This document shows positions 31,286 to 41,200 of a stretch of DNA of 64,000 nucleotides, piece by piece (positions within the stretch are counted from its first letter, which is position 1; each line of letters begins with the position of its first letter). The stretch is taken from contig CAXYEG010000027.1 in assembly GCA_964275995.1 (NCBI GenBank), forward strand, positions 4,560 to 68,559. Direction: 5' to 3'. The position numbers were made by a program, and so were the translations under genes. Source of the DNA: an uncultured Flavobacteriaceae bacterium (GTDB lineage Bacteria > Bacteroidota > Bacteroidia > Flavobacteriales > Flavobacteriaceae). Below the pieces are notes generated by a model. It was not told the origin of the DNA. It saw only the letters and a program-made list of their open reading frames with translations, and made no database searches.

Positions 31286-32620
31286 TTAATAATGACATTT
31301 TCCACATTCTAAACCACCCATTTGGGCAGCAGTTAACTTATCAACTCCATATTTTTTGGATAACTGCTCATGAATCTTTTCATAGTACTGATTATCCTTA
31401 ACTTTAACATTAGTTTCACGATGACAATTTATACACCAACCCATTGTCAAAGGAGAGTACTGATACATTATCTCCATCTCTTCAACTGGACCATGACAAG
31501 TTTGACATTCTATCCCTCCAACAGAAACATGTTGGGCATGATTAAAGTATGAGAAATCTGGTAGGTTGTGAATTCTTACCCACTTAACAGCTTGAGTTTC
31601 ACCAGTGTATTCTTGAGACTCATCATCCCATCCAACGGCTTTGTATAGCTTCTGAATTTCAGCATCGTAAAATTCTTTGGAATACTCTTCAGTGGTTTCT
31701 CCATTATATTCATATATGGATTTGTGACAATTCATACAAACATTTAAAGAAGGTATTCCAGAATGCTTACTAACTCGTGCAGAAGAATGACAATAATTAC
31801 AATCTATTTCGTTATCTCCTGAATGAATTTTATGTGAATAATGTATAGGTTGAACAGGCTCGTATCCTTGATTAACTCCGATTTGCATTAAAAATCCATA
31901 AACGAAATAAGCACTAACCAGAAGCATTATGATAGCACTACATAACATTAAGAATTGATTGTCAACGAAAGCTTTCCACAGAGGTTTTCTTGTTGATTTC
32001 TTTTTTGTTGGTAACTGAATATTATTTTGAGCAGCAAAGCTTCTAAGTGTTTTGTTAACTACAAATAAACCTACAGCTAGCAATAAAAACATAAATGCAA
32101 AAACTCCTAATATTATTTCATTGGGGATGCCATTGGAATTGTTTCCACCGGTTGGCGAAACCTCAACTGCTTTAACTACTGGGACAGGTTTTTCTTGGGC
32201 AGTGTAAGCTAATATATTGTCAATGTCTGAATCCGATAATTGAGGAAAAGCAGTCATTGCTGATCCGTTATATTCAGCATAAATTTTATTAGCATAGTCA
32301 TCTCCTGACTTGATAAGTGATGCGCTATTTCTTATCCAAGAATACATCCATTCTTGGTCAAGACCTTCATCATTGTAAAGCCTATCTTCAACTCCCCTTA
32401 GTGCTGGACCAGTCATTTTTTTATCTAACTTATGACATGCAGCACAGTTAGAGTTAAATAAGGCCTTTCCTTTTACAGGATCAGATTCCTGAGCAAACGA
32501 AGAAAATGTAAATACAAAAGCAAATACTAACAAGAGTTTTCCAAGGGGAATTAGTGGAAAAAATTTTGAATTTTTAATTAAGTAAAATTTAGAGTCTACT
32601 TTTTTATATTTTTTGTTCAT
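31286..32620 (-). CDS. actA: alternative complex III subunit ActA, multiheme cytochrome c
   Basis: 444 aa with six CxxCH motifs. One lies in an N-terminal class I-like domain (CAACH). The other five lie in the C-terminal half (CNYCH, CMNCH, CQTCH, CINCH, CGKCH). Confidence 0.85.
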   Translation of the reverse strand: MNKKYKKVDSKFYLIKNSKFFPLIPLGKLLLVFAFVFTFSSFAQESDPVKGKALFNSNCAACHKLDKKMTGPALRGVEDRLYNDEGLDQEWMYSWIRNSASLIKSGDDYANKIYAEYNGSAMTAFPQLSDSDIDNILAYTAQEKPVPVVKAVEVSPTGGNNSNGIPNEIILGVFAFMFLLLAVGLFVVNKTLRSFAAQNNIQLPTKKKSTRKPLWKAFVDNQFLMLCSAIIMLLVSAYFVYGFLMQIGVNQGYEPVQPIHYSHKIHSGDNEIDCNYCHSSARVSKHSGIPSLNVCMNCHKSIYEYNGETTEEYSKEFYDAEIQKLYKAVGWDDESQEYTGETQAVKWVRIHNLPDFSYFNHAQHVSVGGIECQTCHGPVEEMEIMYQYSPLTMGWCINCHRETNVKVKDNQYYEKIHEQLSKKYGVDKLTAAQMGGLECGKCHY

Positions 32621-32654
32621 TCAAAAAGAAAAAATCGTTTATAAAAATCAAGCA

Positions 32655-32662
32655 CAAAAATA
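32655..32662 (-). promoter_or_regulatory. possible -7 box TATTTTTG upstream of actA
   Basis: Plus strand reads caaaaata, 35 nt upstream of the actA ATG. A second candidate is TAATTTTG at 32709-32716. Confidence 0.35.
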
Positions 32663-32767
32663 AGACATATCGCCGATTATTTAGTCTTCATATAAGGTAA
32701 TTTTGTGTCAAAATTATAATTTATAAACATTCTAAATAATATATTTAGAGCTTATAAAAAATAAGTA

Positions 32768-32775
32768 TACATTTG
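32768..32775 (+). promoter_or_regulatory. Bacteroidota -7 promoter box TACATTTG
   Basis: Lies 21 nt upstream of the TTG start at 32797. Confidence 0.45.
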
Positions 32776-32796
32776 TAATTCAAAAATAAAGAAAAA

Positions 32797-33198
32797 TTGA
32801 ATAAGATTATTGTTTCCTTAAGTATATTTATATGTTGTGCTAACTCCTTTTCGCAAAGTGGTATGGTGCAAATAAATCAAGATGGTAGAATTGATAGCTT
32901 AGTAAAACTAAAAAAGGAAATAAATAAAAATTTATTTAATTTAAAAATTCAAATATTTAGCGGTAAAAGGGCTGAGGCTTTAGAATTAATTGACAATCAC
33001 GACAATGATAGTTATGCAGGTACTAGTATAGAGCTTGTTTATGAAACTCCGAATTATAAAGTATGGATAGGAGACTTTTTCACGCAGCTTGAAGCTGACA
33101 AAAAACTTTTAAAGATTAAAAAAAAATATCCAGAAGCTTTTATATTTAGACCTAAGCCAAAAATCGAGAATACTGAAGCAATATTAATTAGTAATTAG
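32797..33198 (+). CDS. SPOR domain-containing protein
   Basis: 133 aa with a signal peptide. SPOR-like pattern KIQIFSG...A......YKVWIGDF....EA...L..IKKKYPEAFI. TTG start: the first in-frame ATG lies after the signal peptide. Confidence 0.7.
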   Translation: MNKIIVSLSIFICCANSFSQSGMVQINQDGRIDSLVKLKKEINKNLFNLKIQIFSGKRAEALELIDNHDNDSYAGTSIELVYETPNYKVWIGDFFTQLEADKKLLKIKKKYPEAFIFRPKPKIENTEAILISN

Positions 33199-33211
33199 GA
33201 AGTAAAATAAT

Positions 33212-33382
33212 ATGAAAGAATTTATTAGTACATGGTATCCAATTATAATAGCATTAATTGCAATGTTTTATTCAATTGGGTTAGGATTATTTGGATTTAC
33301 AGAAGAAGCCCAATACTCAGCTCATTGGTCAGGCACAATTTTACTATTTGCTATAGCAATCAGACAAAGACGTAGATCATGA
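33212..33382 (+). CDS. candidate small membrane protein (56 aa)
   Basis: My own translation: MKEFISTWYPIIIALIAMFYSIGLGLFGFTEEAQYSAHWSGTILLFAIAIRQRRRS. Two hydrophobic segments. Below the ORF-track cutoff. Confidence 0.3.
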   Translation: MKEFISTWYPIIIALIAMFYSIGLGLFGFTEEAQYSAHWSGTILLFAIAIRQRRRS

Positions 33383-33531
33383 ATATAATCATGTTTATAG
33401 TTGGTACGGCCATCTTTACAATTTTTATTATATGCTTAGCATGGGATATAGGTTATAATAAAAATAAAACTTATGAAGATAAAGGTTATTACGAAAGACA
33501 TCAACCTGAGCAAGACGAATTCAAAAGTTAA
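33379..33531 (+). CDS. candidate small membrane protein (50 aa)
   Basis: My own translation: MNIIMFIVGTAIFTIFIICLAWDIGYNKNKTYEDKGYYERHQPEQDEFKS. ATGA start/stop overlap with the preceding small ORF. Confidence 0.3.
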   Translation: MNIIMFIVGTAIFTIFIICLAWDIGYNKNKTYEDKGYYERHQPEQDEFKS

Positions 33532-33545
33532 TTAGTAAGAAAAAA

Positions 33546-36236
33546 CTATTTAAGTTTTTTCTTAATTTCTACTTGCTGAAATCCTTCAATAATATCACCT
33601 TCTTTTAGATCGTTGTAGTTTTTAATTTGCATACCACAATCATATCCTTTCGCTACTTCTTTAACATCATCTTTAAACCTTTTCAGAGAAGATAATTCTC
33701 CAGAGTAAATTACGACACCTTCACGAATCAACCTTACTCCACAGCTTCTGAATATTTTACCAGTTGTAACCATACAGCCTGCGATAGTACCAATCTTTGA
33801 TATTTTAAAAGTTTCTCTAACCTCTGAAGTACCTGTGATCTCTTCTTTAAAGTCTGGAGATAACATTCCTTCCATTGCATCTTTTAAGTCATTAATAGCG
33901 TCATAAATTATGGAATACATTCTGATATCTATTTCTTCTTTATCGGCTATTTGTCTTGCGTTTCCTGTTGGCCTAACATTAAACCCAATTATAATTGCAT
34001 CAGAAGCTGATGCTAATAAAACATCACTTTCAGTGATTGCTCCAACAGCCTTATGTATAATATTTACTTGAATTTCTTCAGTTGATAATTTTTGGAAAGA
34101 ATCAGTTAAAGCCTCTACAGAGCCATCAACATCACCTTTAAGAATAATATTTAATTCTTTGAATTCTCCTAACGCAATTCTTCTTCCAATTTCATCAAGA
34201 GTTATATGTTTTTGTGTTCTGACAGATTGTTCTCTTTGCAATTGAGTTCTTTTTACTGCAATTTGCTTAGCTTCCCTTTCATCAGAAAAAACTATAAACT
34301 TATCTCCAGCTTGTGGCGCTCCATCTAAACCAAGAATTGATATTGGAGATGAAGGACCTGCAGTTTCAACGCTATTCCCTCTTTCATCATGCATGGCTTT
34401 AACTTTACCACTATTTTTACCTGCTAAAACATAATCACCAATCTTTAAAGTTCCTGTTTGAACTAAAATAGTAGAAACATAACCCCTTCCTTTATCTAAA
34501 AAGGCTTCTACTACTGTTCCTGAAGATGCTCTGTCAGGATTGGCTTTAAGCTCTAAAAGCTCAGCTTCCAACAATACCTTTTCTAATAAGTCATCTACTC
34601 CATCACCCTTTAGTGCAGAAATATCATGAGATTGTATTTTCCCACCCCAATCTTCTACTAATAAGTTCATTTGTGAAAGACCTTCCTTTATTTTGTCAGG
34701 ATTTGCTGTTGGTCTATCAATTTTATTAATTGCAAAGACAATTGGAACACCTGCTGCTTGAGCATGGGAAATAGCCTCTTTTGTTTGTGGCATAATATCA
34801 TCATCTGCAGCTATCACAATAATTGCTAAATCTGTTACCTGTGCTCCTCTAGCTCTCATAGCGGTAAATGCTTCGTGTCCAGGAGTATCTAAAAAAGTTA
34901 TTTTTTGTCCATTAGACAGCACTACACTGTATGCGCCAATATGCTGAGTAATACCACCCGATTCACCTGCAATTACATTTTCTTTTCTAATGTAATCCAA
35001 TAATGAAGTTTTTCCATGATCAACATGTCCCATTACAGTAACAATTGGAGCTCTAGGTTTTAAATCTTCTTCAGCATCTGAAATTTCTTCAATTGAATCT
35101 TCAATATCTGCAGTAACAAACTCTACACTATAACCAAATTCTTCGGCAACAATACTAAGTGTTTCTGCATCTAAACGCTGATTCATTGTAACCATCATTC
35201 CCAAGGTCATACACGCTGAAATTATTTCAGTAACAGAAACATCCATCATTGTAGCAACCTCACTAGCAGTAACAAATTCTGTTACCTTAAGTAATTTACT
35301 TTCAGCTTCAACATTAGCAAGCTCATCTTCCGTTTTTTGACGGTGCTGATCTCTTTTTTCTTTTCTGTATTTCGCACCCTTACCCTTTGAACTTTTACCT
35401 TGAAGTTTTTCAAGGGTTTCTCTAACTTGTTTTTGAACTTCCTCAGCACTAGGCTCCTCTCTTGTAGAAGTTGTGTTTTTAGCTTTAAGATTAGGTTTTT
35501 GACCAGCTCTTTGGCCGGGTTTTTGGGATGTTTTTGCGTTATCATTAGGCTTACTAATTCTTCTTCTTTTTCTTTTGGAAATAGAGGAAGGCGGAGTTTC
35601 TTTTTTCTTTTCAGATTTAAATTTCGATAAATCTATAGTTTCACCCGTTGATTTAAGTCCAGATAATTTTTTGTATTGTGTAGTAACTGTGTCCGATTCA
35701 CTTTTAGCTTCTTCATCAACAATCTTTACATCTTCTTTAACAGTTGTTTTAGTTGCTAATACAGCTTTTTCATTCTTTTTTACATCTTCATCAGATGGTT
35801 TTTCAATGGTTGTTGTTTTTATATCTTTTGGTAAAGTCGACTCTGTGGACTCTTTAGTAATTACAACTTTTGGCTTTACTTTAGTAGGTTGAAGCTCAAT
35901 TTTTCCAACTTTTTTAATCTCTTTAATTTTTGAGGCAGCTGTTATAACTTTTGCTTCTTCTTCTTTTTTCTTTAACAAAAGTTCAATTTCAGCTTCTCTT
36001 TTGACTCTAAGAGCTTCTTTTTCTTTCGATTTAGCCTCCCCTAATTCTTTTGAAGCAACTTTTTTATTAGCATCGGTTTGAAATTCATTAGATAATAGTT
36101 CATAAACCTCTAAAGAAATTTTGGTGGTTGGACGTTTTTCAATTTCAATACTTTTAGATTCAAGAAAATCTATAGCACGGTCTATTGAAATGTTCAACTC
36201 CCTTAATACTTTATTTAATCTAATATTTTTATCCAT
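33546..36236 (-). CDS. infB: translation initiation factor IF-2
   Basis: 896 aa. Lys/Glu-rich N-terminal region. GTPase motifs [20 protein letters not shown] and NKID. Confidence 0.97.
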   Translation of the reverse strand: MDKNIRLNKVLRELNISIDRAIDFLESKSIEIEKRPTTKISLEVYELLSNEFQTDANKKVASKELGEAKSKEKEALRVKREAEIELLLKKKEEEAKVITAASKIKEIKKVGKIELQPTKVKPKVVITKESTESTLPKDIKTTTIEKPSDEDVKKNEKAVLATKTTVKEDVKIVDEEAKSESDTVTTQYKKLSGLKSTGETIDLSKFKSEKKKETPPSSISKRKRRRISKPNDNAKTSQKPGQRAGQKPNLKAKNTTSTREEPSAEEVQKQVRETLEKLQGKSSKGKGAKYRKEKRDQHRQKTEDELANVEAESKLLKVTEFVTASEVATMMDVSVTEIISACMTLGMMVTMNQRLDAETLSIVAEEFGYSVEFVTADIEDSIEEISDAEEDLKPRAPIVTVMGHVDHGKTSLLDYIRKENVIAGESGGITQHIGAYSVVLSNGQKITFLDTPGHEAFTAMRARGAQVTDLAIIVIAADDDIMPQTKEAISHAQAAGVPIVFAINKIDRPTANPDKIKEGLSQMNLLVEDWGGKIQSHDISALKGDGVDDLLEKVLLEAELLELKANPDRASSGTVVEAFLDKGRGYVSTILVQTGTLKIGDYVLAGKNSGKVKAMHDERGNSVETAGPSSPISILGLDGAPQAGDKFIVFSDEREAKQIAVKRTQLQREQSVRTQKHITLDEIGRRIALGEFKELNIILKGDVDGSVEALTDSFQKLSTEEIQVNIIHKAVGAITESDVLLASASDAIIIGFNVRPTGNARQIADKEEIDIRMYSIIYDAINDLKDAMEGMLSPDFKEEITGTSEVRETFKISKIGTIAGCMVTTGKIFRSCGVRLIREGVVIYSGELSSLKRFKDDVKEVAKGYDCGMQIKNYNDLKEGDIIEGFQQVEIKKKLK

Positions 36237-36257
36237 AAATTGGTTTAAATTATATTA

Positions 36258-37490
36258 TCAATCTTCAAATTCTTCTTTAAGAATTCTAACTACTTCTACA
36301 ATAGTTTCTTCTTCCAGGTCAGTTCTTTTTACTAAATCAACGACTTCCTGTTCCAAAACACTTTTTGCAGTATCTAAACCAGCTTTAGCCAGCTCATCAA
36401 TAACCCATCCGTCGATTTCATCACTAAACTCTCTTAATTCTACATCTTCCTCAACTCCTTCTCTAAATACATCTATTTCATATCCAGTAATTTGACCTGC
36501 CAATCTTATATTGTGACCTCCACGTCCAATTGCTTTACTAACTTCTTCAGGTTTTAATATTACTTCAGCTCTTTTATTCTCTTCATCAATTTTAATTGAT
36601 GTAATTCTAGCTGGACTTAATGATCGAGTAATAAAAAGTTGAAGATTATTAGTATAATTAATAACATCAATATTTTCATTTCCTAACTCTCTAACTATTC
36701 CATGTATTCTCGATCCTTTCATTCCGACACAAGCTCCAACTGGGTCTATTCTATCGTCATATGAATCCACTGCTACTTTTGCTTTTTCACCTGGAATCCT
36801 AACCACTTTCTTAACATTTATAAGACCGTCAAACACCTCTGGAATTTCTTGTTCGAATAATTTTTCTAAAAACAAAGGAGAAGTCCTAGACATAACAATT
36901 GATGGTTTTGAACCTTTTAATTCAACACTCTCAATAACTCCTCTAATATTATCACCTTTTCTGAAAAAATCAGATGGTATTTGCTTTTCTTTTGGCATAA
37001 CAATTTCATTTCCTTCATCATCAAGTAATATTATAGCTCTATGTCTTATGTGATGAACTTCTGCTGTATAAATTTCACCAACTAAATCTTTAAACTGCTT
37101 GTAAATATTAGTGTTGTCATGTTCATGAATTTTAGCAACTAAATTTTGTCTTAATGCTAAAATAGCTCTTCTACCCAAGTCAATTAATTTCACTTCTTCT
37201 GAAACATCTTCACCAACCTCAAAATCAGGTTCGATTAGTCTTGCTTCAGTAAGTGATATTTCACCATTTTCATCTTCAATTTCGCCGTCAGCAACAACCA
37301 CTCTATTTCTCCAGATCTCCAAATCACCTTTGTCAGGATTAATTATAATATCAAAATTATCATCATCTCCAAACTTTCTTTTTAAGGCGCTTCTAAAAAC
37401 ATCTTCTAAAATAGTCATTAGAGTTACTCTATCAATTAATTTATCGTCTTTAAATTCAGAAAAAGACTCTATTAAGGCTATATTTTCCAT
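36258..37490 (-). CDS. nusA: transcription termination/antitermination factor NusA
   Basis: 410 aa with S1 and KH domains (GACVGMKGSRI, AIGRGGHNIRLA). Confidence 0.97.
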   Translation of the reverse strand: MENIALIESFSEFKDDKLIDRVTLMTILEDVFRSALKRKFGDDDNFDIIINPDKGDLEIWRNRVVVADGEIEDENGEISLTEARLIEPDFEVGEDVSEEVKLIDLGRRAILALRQNLVAKIHEHDNTNIYKQFKDLVGEIYTAEVHHIRHRAIILLDDEGNEIVMPKEKQIPSDFFRKGDNIRGVIESVELKGSKPSIVMSRTSPLFLEKLFEQEIPEVFDGLINVKKVVRIPGEKAKVAVDSYDDRIDPVGACVGMKGSRIHGIVRELGNENIDVINYTNNLQLFITRSLSPARITSIKIDEENKRAEVILKPEEVSKAIGRGGHNIRLAGQITGYEIDVFREGVEEDVELREFSDEIDGWVIDELAKAGLDTAKSVLEQEVVDLVKRTDLEEETIVEVVRILKEEFED

Positions 37491-37499
37491 AATATAATA

Positions 37500-37961
37500 T
37501 TAAAATTTAATTTTAACTTTTGCTTCGTTTATATCTTTATATAAAAGATTTATTTCTTTTTCAACAGTGACCTTACCCTTACCAATTTTTTTAGGTTCAC
37601 GTTGTTTCCATTTCAATTTAATCTCGTCACTTGTAGCTTCAACTAATTCAGCCTCGTAGTGATTGTCATTGGTTCTAACTTGTAGAACTCGTCCTATGTT
37701 TTTTACAAATTGTCTAGAAATAGTTAATGCTGCAGAAGCTCCTGCTGAGCTAACTTCTAAAGAAAAATCGTATTCCTCTCTATCAATATTGTGTTCAATA
37801 GCACGACTTATAAACATACAGTCTTCTACCAAAACTCCTTTATCTCCATCAATAACAATTCTAATCTTATTACCAGAAAGGATCTCAAAGTCTGTTAAAA
37901 AAAGATCTTCTCTTTCTAACAAACTTTTTTCAAGTAATTCTTCGACAATTGATTTAAACAT
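37500..37961 (-). CDS. rimP: ribosome maturation factor RimP
   Basis: 153 aa. Conserved position upstream of nusA, RimP-like sequence. Confidence 0.9.
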   Translation of the reverse strand: MFKSIVEELLEKSLLEREDLFLTDFEILSGNKIRIVIDGDKGVLVEDCMFISRAIEHNIDREEYDFSLEVSSAGASAALTISRQFVKNIGRVLQVRTNDNHYEAELVEATSDEIKLKWKQREPKKIGKGKVTVEKEINLLYKDINEAKVKIKF

Positions 37962-37967
37962 AATTCT

Positions 37968-37994
37968 ATAAAAAGAGGGGACTTTAGTCCCCTC
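37968..37994 (-). terminator. GC-rich intrinsic terminator / attenuator in the rimP-nusA-infB leader
   Basis: Minus strand reads gaggggac-taaa-gtcccctc followed by ttttt. The U-tract ends 8 nt before the rimP ATG. Confidence 0.6.
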
Positions 37995-38020
37995 ATAATC
38001 ATTAATAATAATTAAAGATG

Positions 38021-38036
38021 CAAATATACAAATTTA
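38021..38036 (-). promoter_or_regulatory. two adjacent -7 boxes (TAAATTTG, TATATTTG) upstream of the rimP leader hairpin
   Basis: Plus strand caaatata (38021-38028) and caaattta (38029-38036), between the tRNA-Gln 3' end and the hairpin. Confidence 0.4.
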
Positions 38037-38088
38037 ATTTTTATTCTTAATCACTTCCTTCAAGAAGAATGCAATTAAGATTTATCAG

Positions 38089-38161
38089 TTGGCCCACTAG
38101 GTTTCGAACCTAGACTCTTCTGCACCAAAAACAGACGTGTTACCAGTTACACCATAGGCCA
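38089..38161 (-). tRNA. tRNA-Gln (anticodon UUG)
   Basis: Hand-folded 73-nt cloverleaf: TGGCCTA TG GTGT AACTGGTA ACAC G TCTGT TTTTGGT GCAGA AGAGT CTAGG TTCGAAA CCTAG TGGGCCA A. U1-A72 pair. CCA not encoded. Confidence 0.9.
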
Positions 38162-38174
38162 ATTGCTGAGCGTG

Positions 38175-38205
38175 CAAATTTATGATAATCTTTTATTTTA
38201 ACAAG
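38175..38205 (-). promoter_or_regulatory. Bacteroidota promoter for tRNA-Gln (-33 TTG, 19-nt spacer, -7 TAAATTTG)
   Basis: Plus strand caaattta at 38175-38182, 13 nt upstream of the tRNA 5' end. caag at 38202-38205. Confidence 0.55.
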
Positions 38206-38269
38206 ATTTTTTAAAAAATAAATTTTGATTAAATAATTGTTAAAAAATATGGAGTATAAAATTTATCGT

Positions 38270-38277
38270 TAAATTTG
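38270..38277 (+). promoter_or_regulatory. Bacteroidota -7 promoter box TAAATTTG
   Basis: Lies 18 nt upstream of the ATG at 38296. The TTG used as the ORF-track start (38275) is part of this box. Confidence 0.5.
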
Positions 38278-38295
38278 GCTTTTCAAAATAACTTT

Positions 38296-41200
38296 ATGAG
38301 TGAGATTAGTTTTAAGAAATGGAATACTATTTTAGGATGGCTGTGTTTTTTAACAGCGGCTATTGTATATGCTTTAACTGCAGAGTCAACAGTTAGTTTT
38401 TGGGATGCCGGGGAATACATCTTATCTGCTTCTAAACTTAATGTTGGGCATCCGCCTGGTGCTCCTCTTTTTCAAATGCTTGGTGCTTTTTTCTCGATAT
38501 TTGCGATTGAGTCATCTCAAATTGGTTATATAATGAATTTGATGAGTGGTATATCCAGTGCTTTCACAATATTGTTTATGTTTTGGTCAATTAGTTTATT
38601 GTTGACAAAAGTGTCTACAAAAATGAATATTGAAAATAATAATAATTTTACAATTTTAATAAGCTCTTTAGTTGCTAGTTTGTCTTTTATGTTTACTGAT
38701 ACCTTTTGGTTTAATGCAGTAGAAACAGAAGTATATGCAATGGCAACACTAATAATGTCAGTGTTATTTTACTTAGGCCTAAGATGGGAACAAGAGATGC
38801 ATCTGCCAAGAGGAAATAGATGGCTTATTCTAATAAGTTTTGTGGTAGGTCTTTCTTTCGGTGTTCATTTTATGGGACTTTTAACTATCCCAGCAATTGG
38901 ATTGATTTATTTTTTCAAAAATTATAAACCAATTACACTTAAGAAGTTTATTTTGGCCAATTTAGCTGTAGTTGGAATTTTAATGTTTGTCTTTAAACTT
39001 CTAGCTCCCAACATACTAAGATATTTTAGTGCTTTGGAAGTGTTTTTTGTTAATTCTGTTGGGCTTCCCTTCAATTCAGGAACTGTAATTGCAGGAGTCT
39101 TGTTAGTTTCTTTTTTCTATTATTTGTTAAGCTACACAATAAAAAATAATCTAAAAACAATAAATACTATTAGCCTTTGTGTTTTGTTCATTTTGATTGG
39201 TTTTTCATCGTGGATTATGCTTCCAATTAGAGCAAATTCAGATGTAGTAATTAATGAAAATGACCCCTCTGATGCCAGACAATTATTAGCTTACTATAAT
39301 CTTGAACAATATCCCAAAACACATTTATTTTATGGGCCTCTATTTACTGACCAGTATTCTGGTTTAGATGAAGAAAACCCGTACAAAGATGACAAACCAA
39401 AATATGAAAAAGATTTAACTCAAAATAAGTACGTAATAGTTAATAATTATAAAAATGCAAGTCAAAATTTTAATAGTGAACAAGCCTCCATACTGCCAAG
39501 AATGTGGAGTTCTGAACATGCTTCAAACTATCTTAGGTATACTGGGTTTTTAGATTATGAAGTTAAAAGAAAATATAAAAATCAACCAGAGGCAAAAGAA
39601 TTAATTGAACTGGTAAATGATTTTAAAAAAAGAACCTTTCAGGGAGATATAGATTATGATGAGCATCATAAATTTTTAAAGACTTATGGAACATACCTTG
39701 ATATTGAAAAACCGTCCATAGTTAGTAATGTAAAATATCTTATTCAATATCAACTGGGCTACATGTACTGGAGATACTTTATGTGGAACTTCAGTGGTCG
39801 CCAAGATGACATTCAAGGGAGGATGGATATGCATGGAAACTGGATTAGTGGTATTGATTTTGTAGATGAGATTCATTTGGGTTTAAGCCAAGGAAATTTA
39901 CCTAGTGATGTTGCTGAAAATAAGGCAAGGAATAAATACTATATGATACCTTTTATAATTGGCTTGATAGGTCTCTATTTTTTATATAATAAAGACAAAG
40001 AATTATTTTGGACTATGTTGGTGTTTTTTGTTTTTACTGGTATCGCTATTCAGGTATATACCAATGTTAGACCTTTTGAACCTAGAGAAAGAGACTACTC
40101 TGTTGTAGGCTCATTTTATGTCTATTGTATTTGGATTGGTTTTGGAATATTTAGCTTAATCCGCTCCGCCGAACAACTTATTAATTCAAAATATATTAAA
40201 CTTTTAGCTATCCCTGTTTTTCTATTAATATTACCCATAAATCTTGCTAGTAGCAACTGGGATGATCATGATCGTTCTGGAAGGTATACTGCACGTTCAA
40301 TGGCACTAAAATATTTAGAATCTTGTGAACCAAATTCTATTTTATTTACTATTGGTGACAATGATACTTTCCCATTATGGTATTTACAAGAAATTGAAGG
40401 AATTAGAACCGATGTTCGTGTATTAAATACCAGCCTTTTTAACACGGATTGGTACATAGATCAAATGAAAAGGAAGGCGTATGATAGTGACCCTATACCA
40501 TCATCTTTATTTCATGAAAAGTATAGATATGGAACAAGAGATTATATAATAAAAGAAGTTACTACATTGGATACTATTGACATCAAGACATTTATAAAAT
40601 TTGTAACACAAGATGACGATAAGTATAAGTATAAAAGCTTACTGCAAAAACAAGGCTACGAAACCAATTATTTGAGAGAGCAAGATTTAAATGCGAATTA
40701 TCTCCCTTCAGAAAGTATACGCATTCCAGTGGATAAAGAATCTGTACTCAACAATAAAATTGTTGATAATAGCTTATCCAATGAAATTGTAGATGAAATA
40801 ATAATTAAAATTAAAGGTCAAGCACTCTACAAAAATAGATTAATGATGCTTGATATTATTGCAGAAAATAACTGGGAAAGACCAATTTACTTTACTGGTG
40901 GTTCATTTGGTGATGATGATTATTTATGGATGAAAAACTATTTACAGTTAGAAGGCTTGTGTTATAAGTTAGTTCCTATTAAAACTCCAATTGATCCATC
41001 TAATCCATATGAAATGGGGAGAGTGAATACAGAAAAAATGTATTCAATGGTGAAAGATTGGGATTGGGGAACAAAGGGAAATATGGATGTATATTTTGAT
41101 GTTGAATCTAGAAAAAACAGCATCACCTATAGAAGTAATATTTCTAGGTTAGTTAATCAACTTATTATAGAAAATAAAAATGAAAAAGCAGAAGAAATAT

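Noticed and set aside
35282-35892. Alternative-frame and antisense ORFs in the infB N-terminal region (35282..35545, 35400..35630, 35575..35892) and 36121..36495
   Set aside because: They overlap the Lys/Glu-rich low-complexity part of IF-2 and the start of nusA. Their translations are repetitive Ser/Phe or Lys/Arg strings with no independent signals.
38275-38295. TTG start proposed by the ORF track for the DUF2723 gene
   Set aside because: That TTG is the last three bases of a TAAATTTG -7 promoter box. The ATG at 38296 sits at a normal distance downstream.
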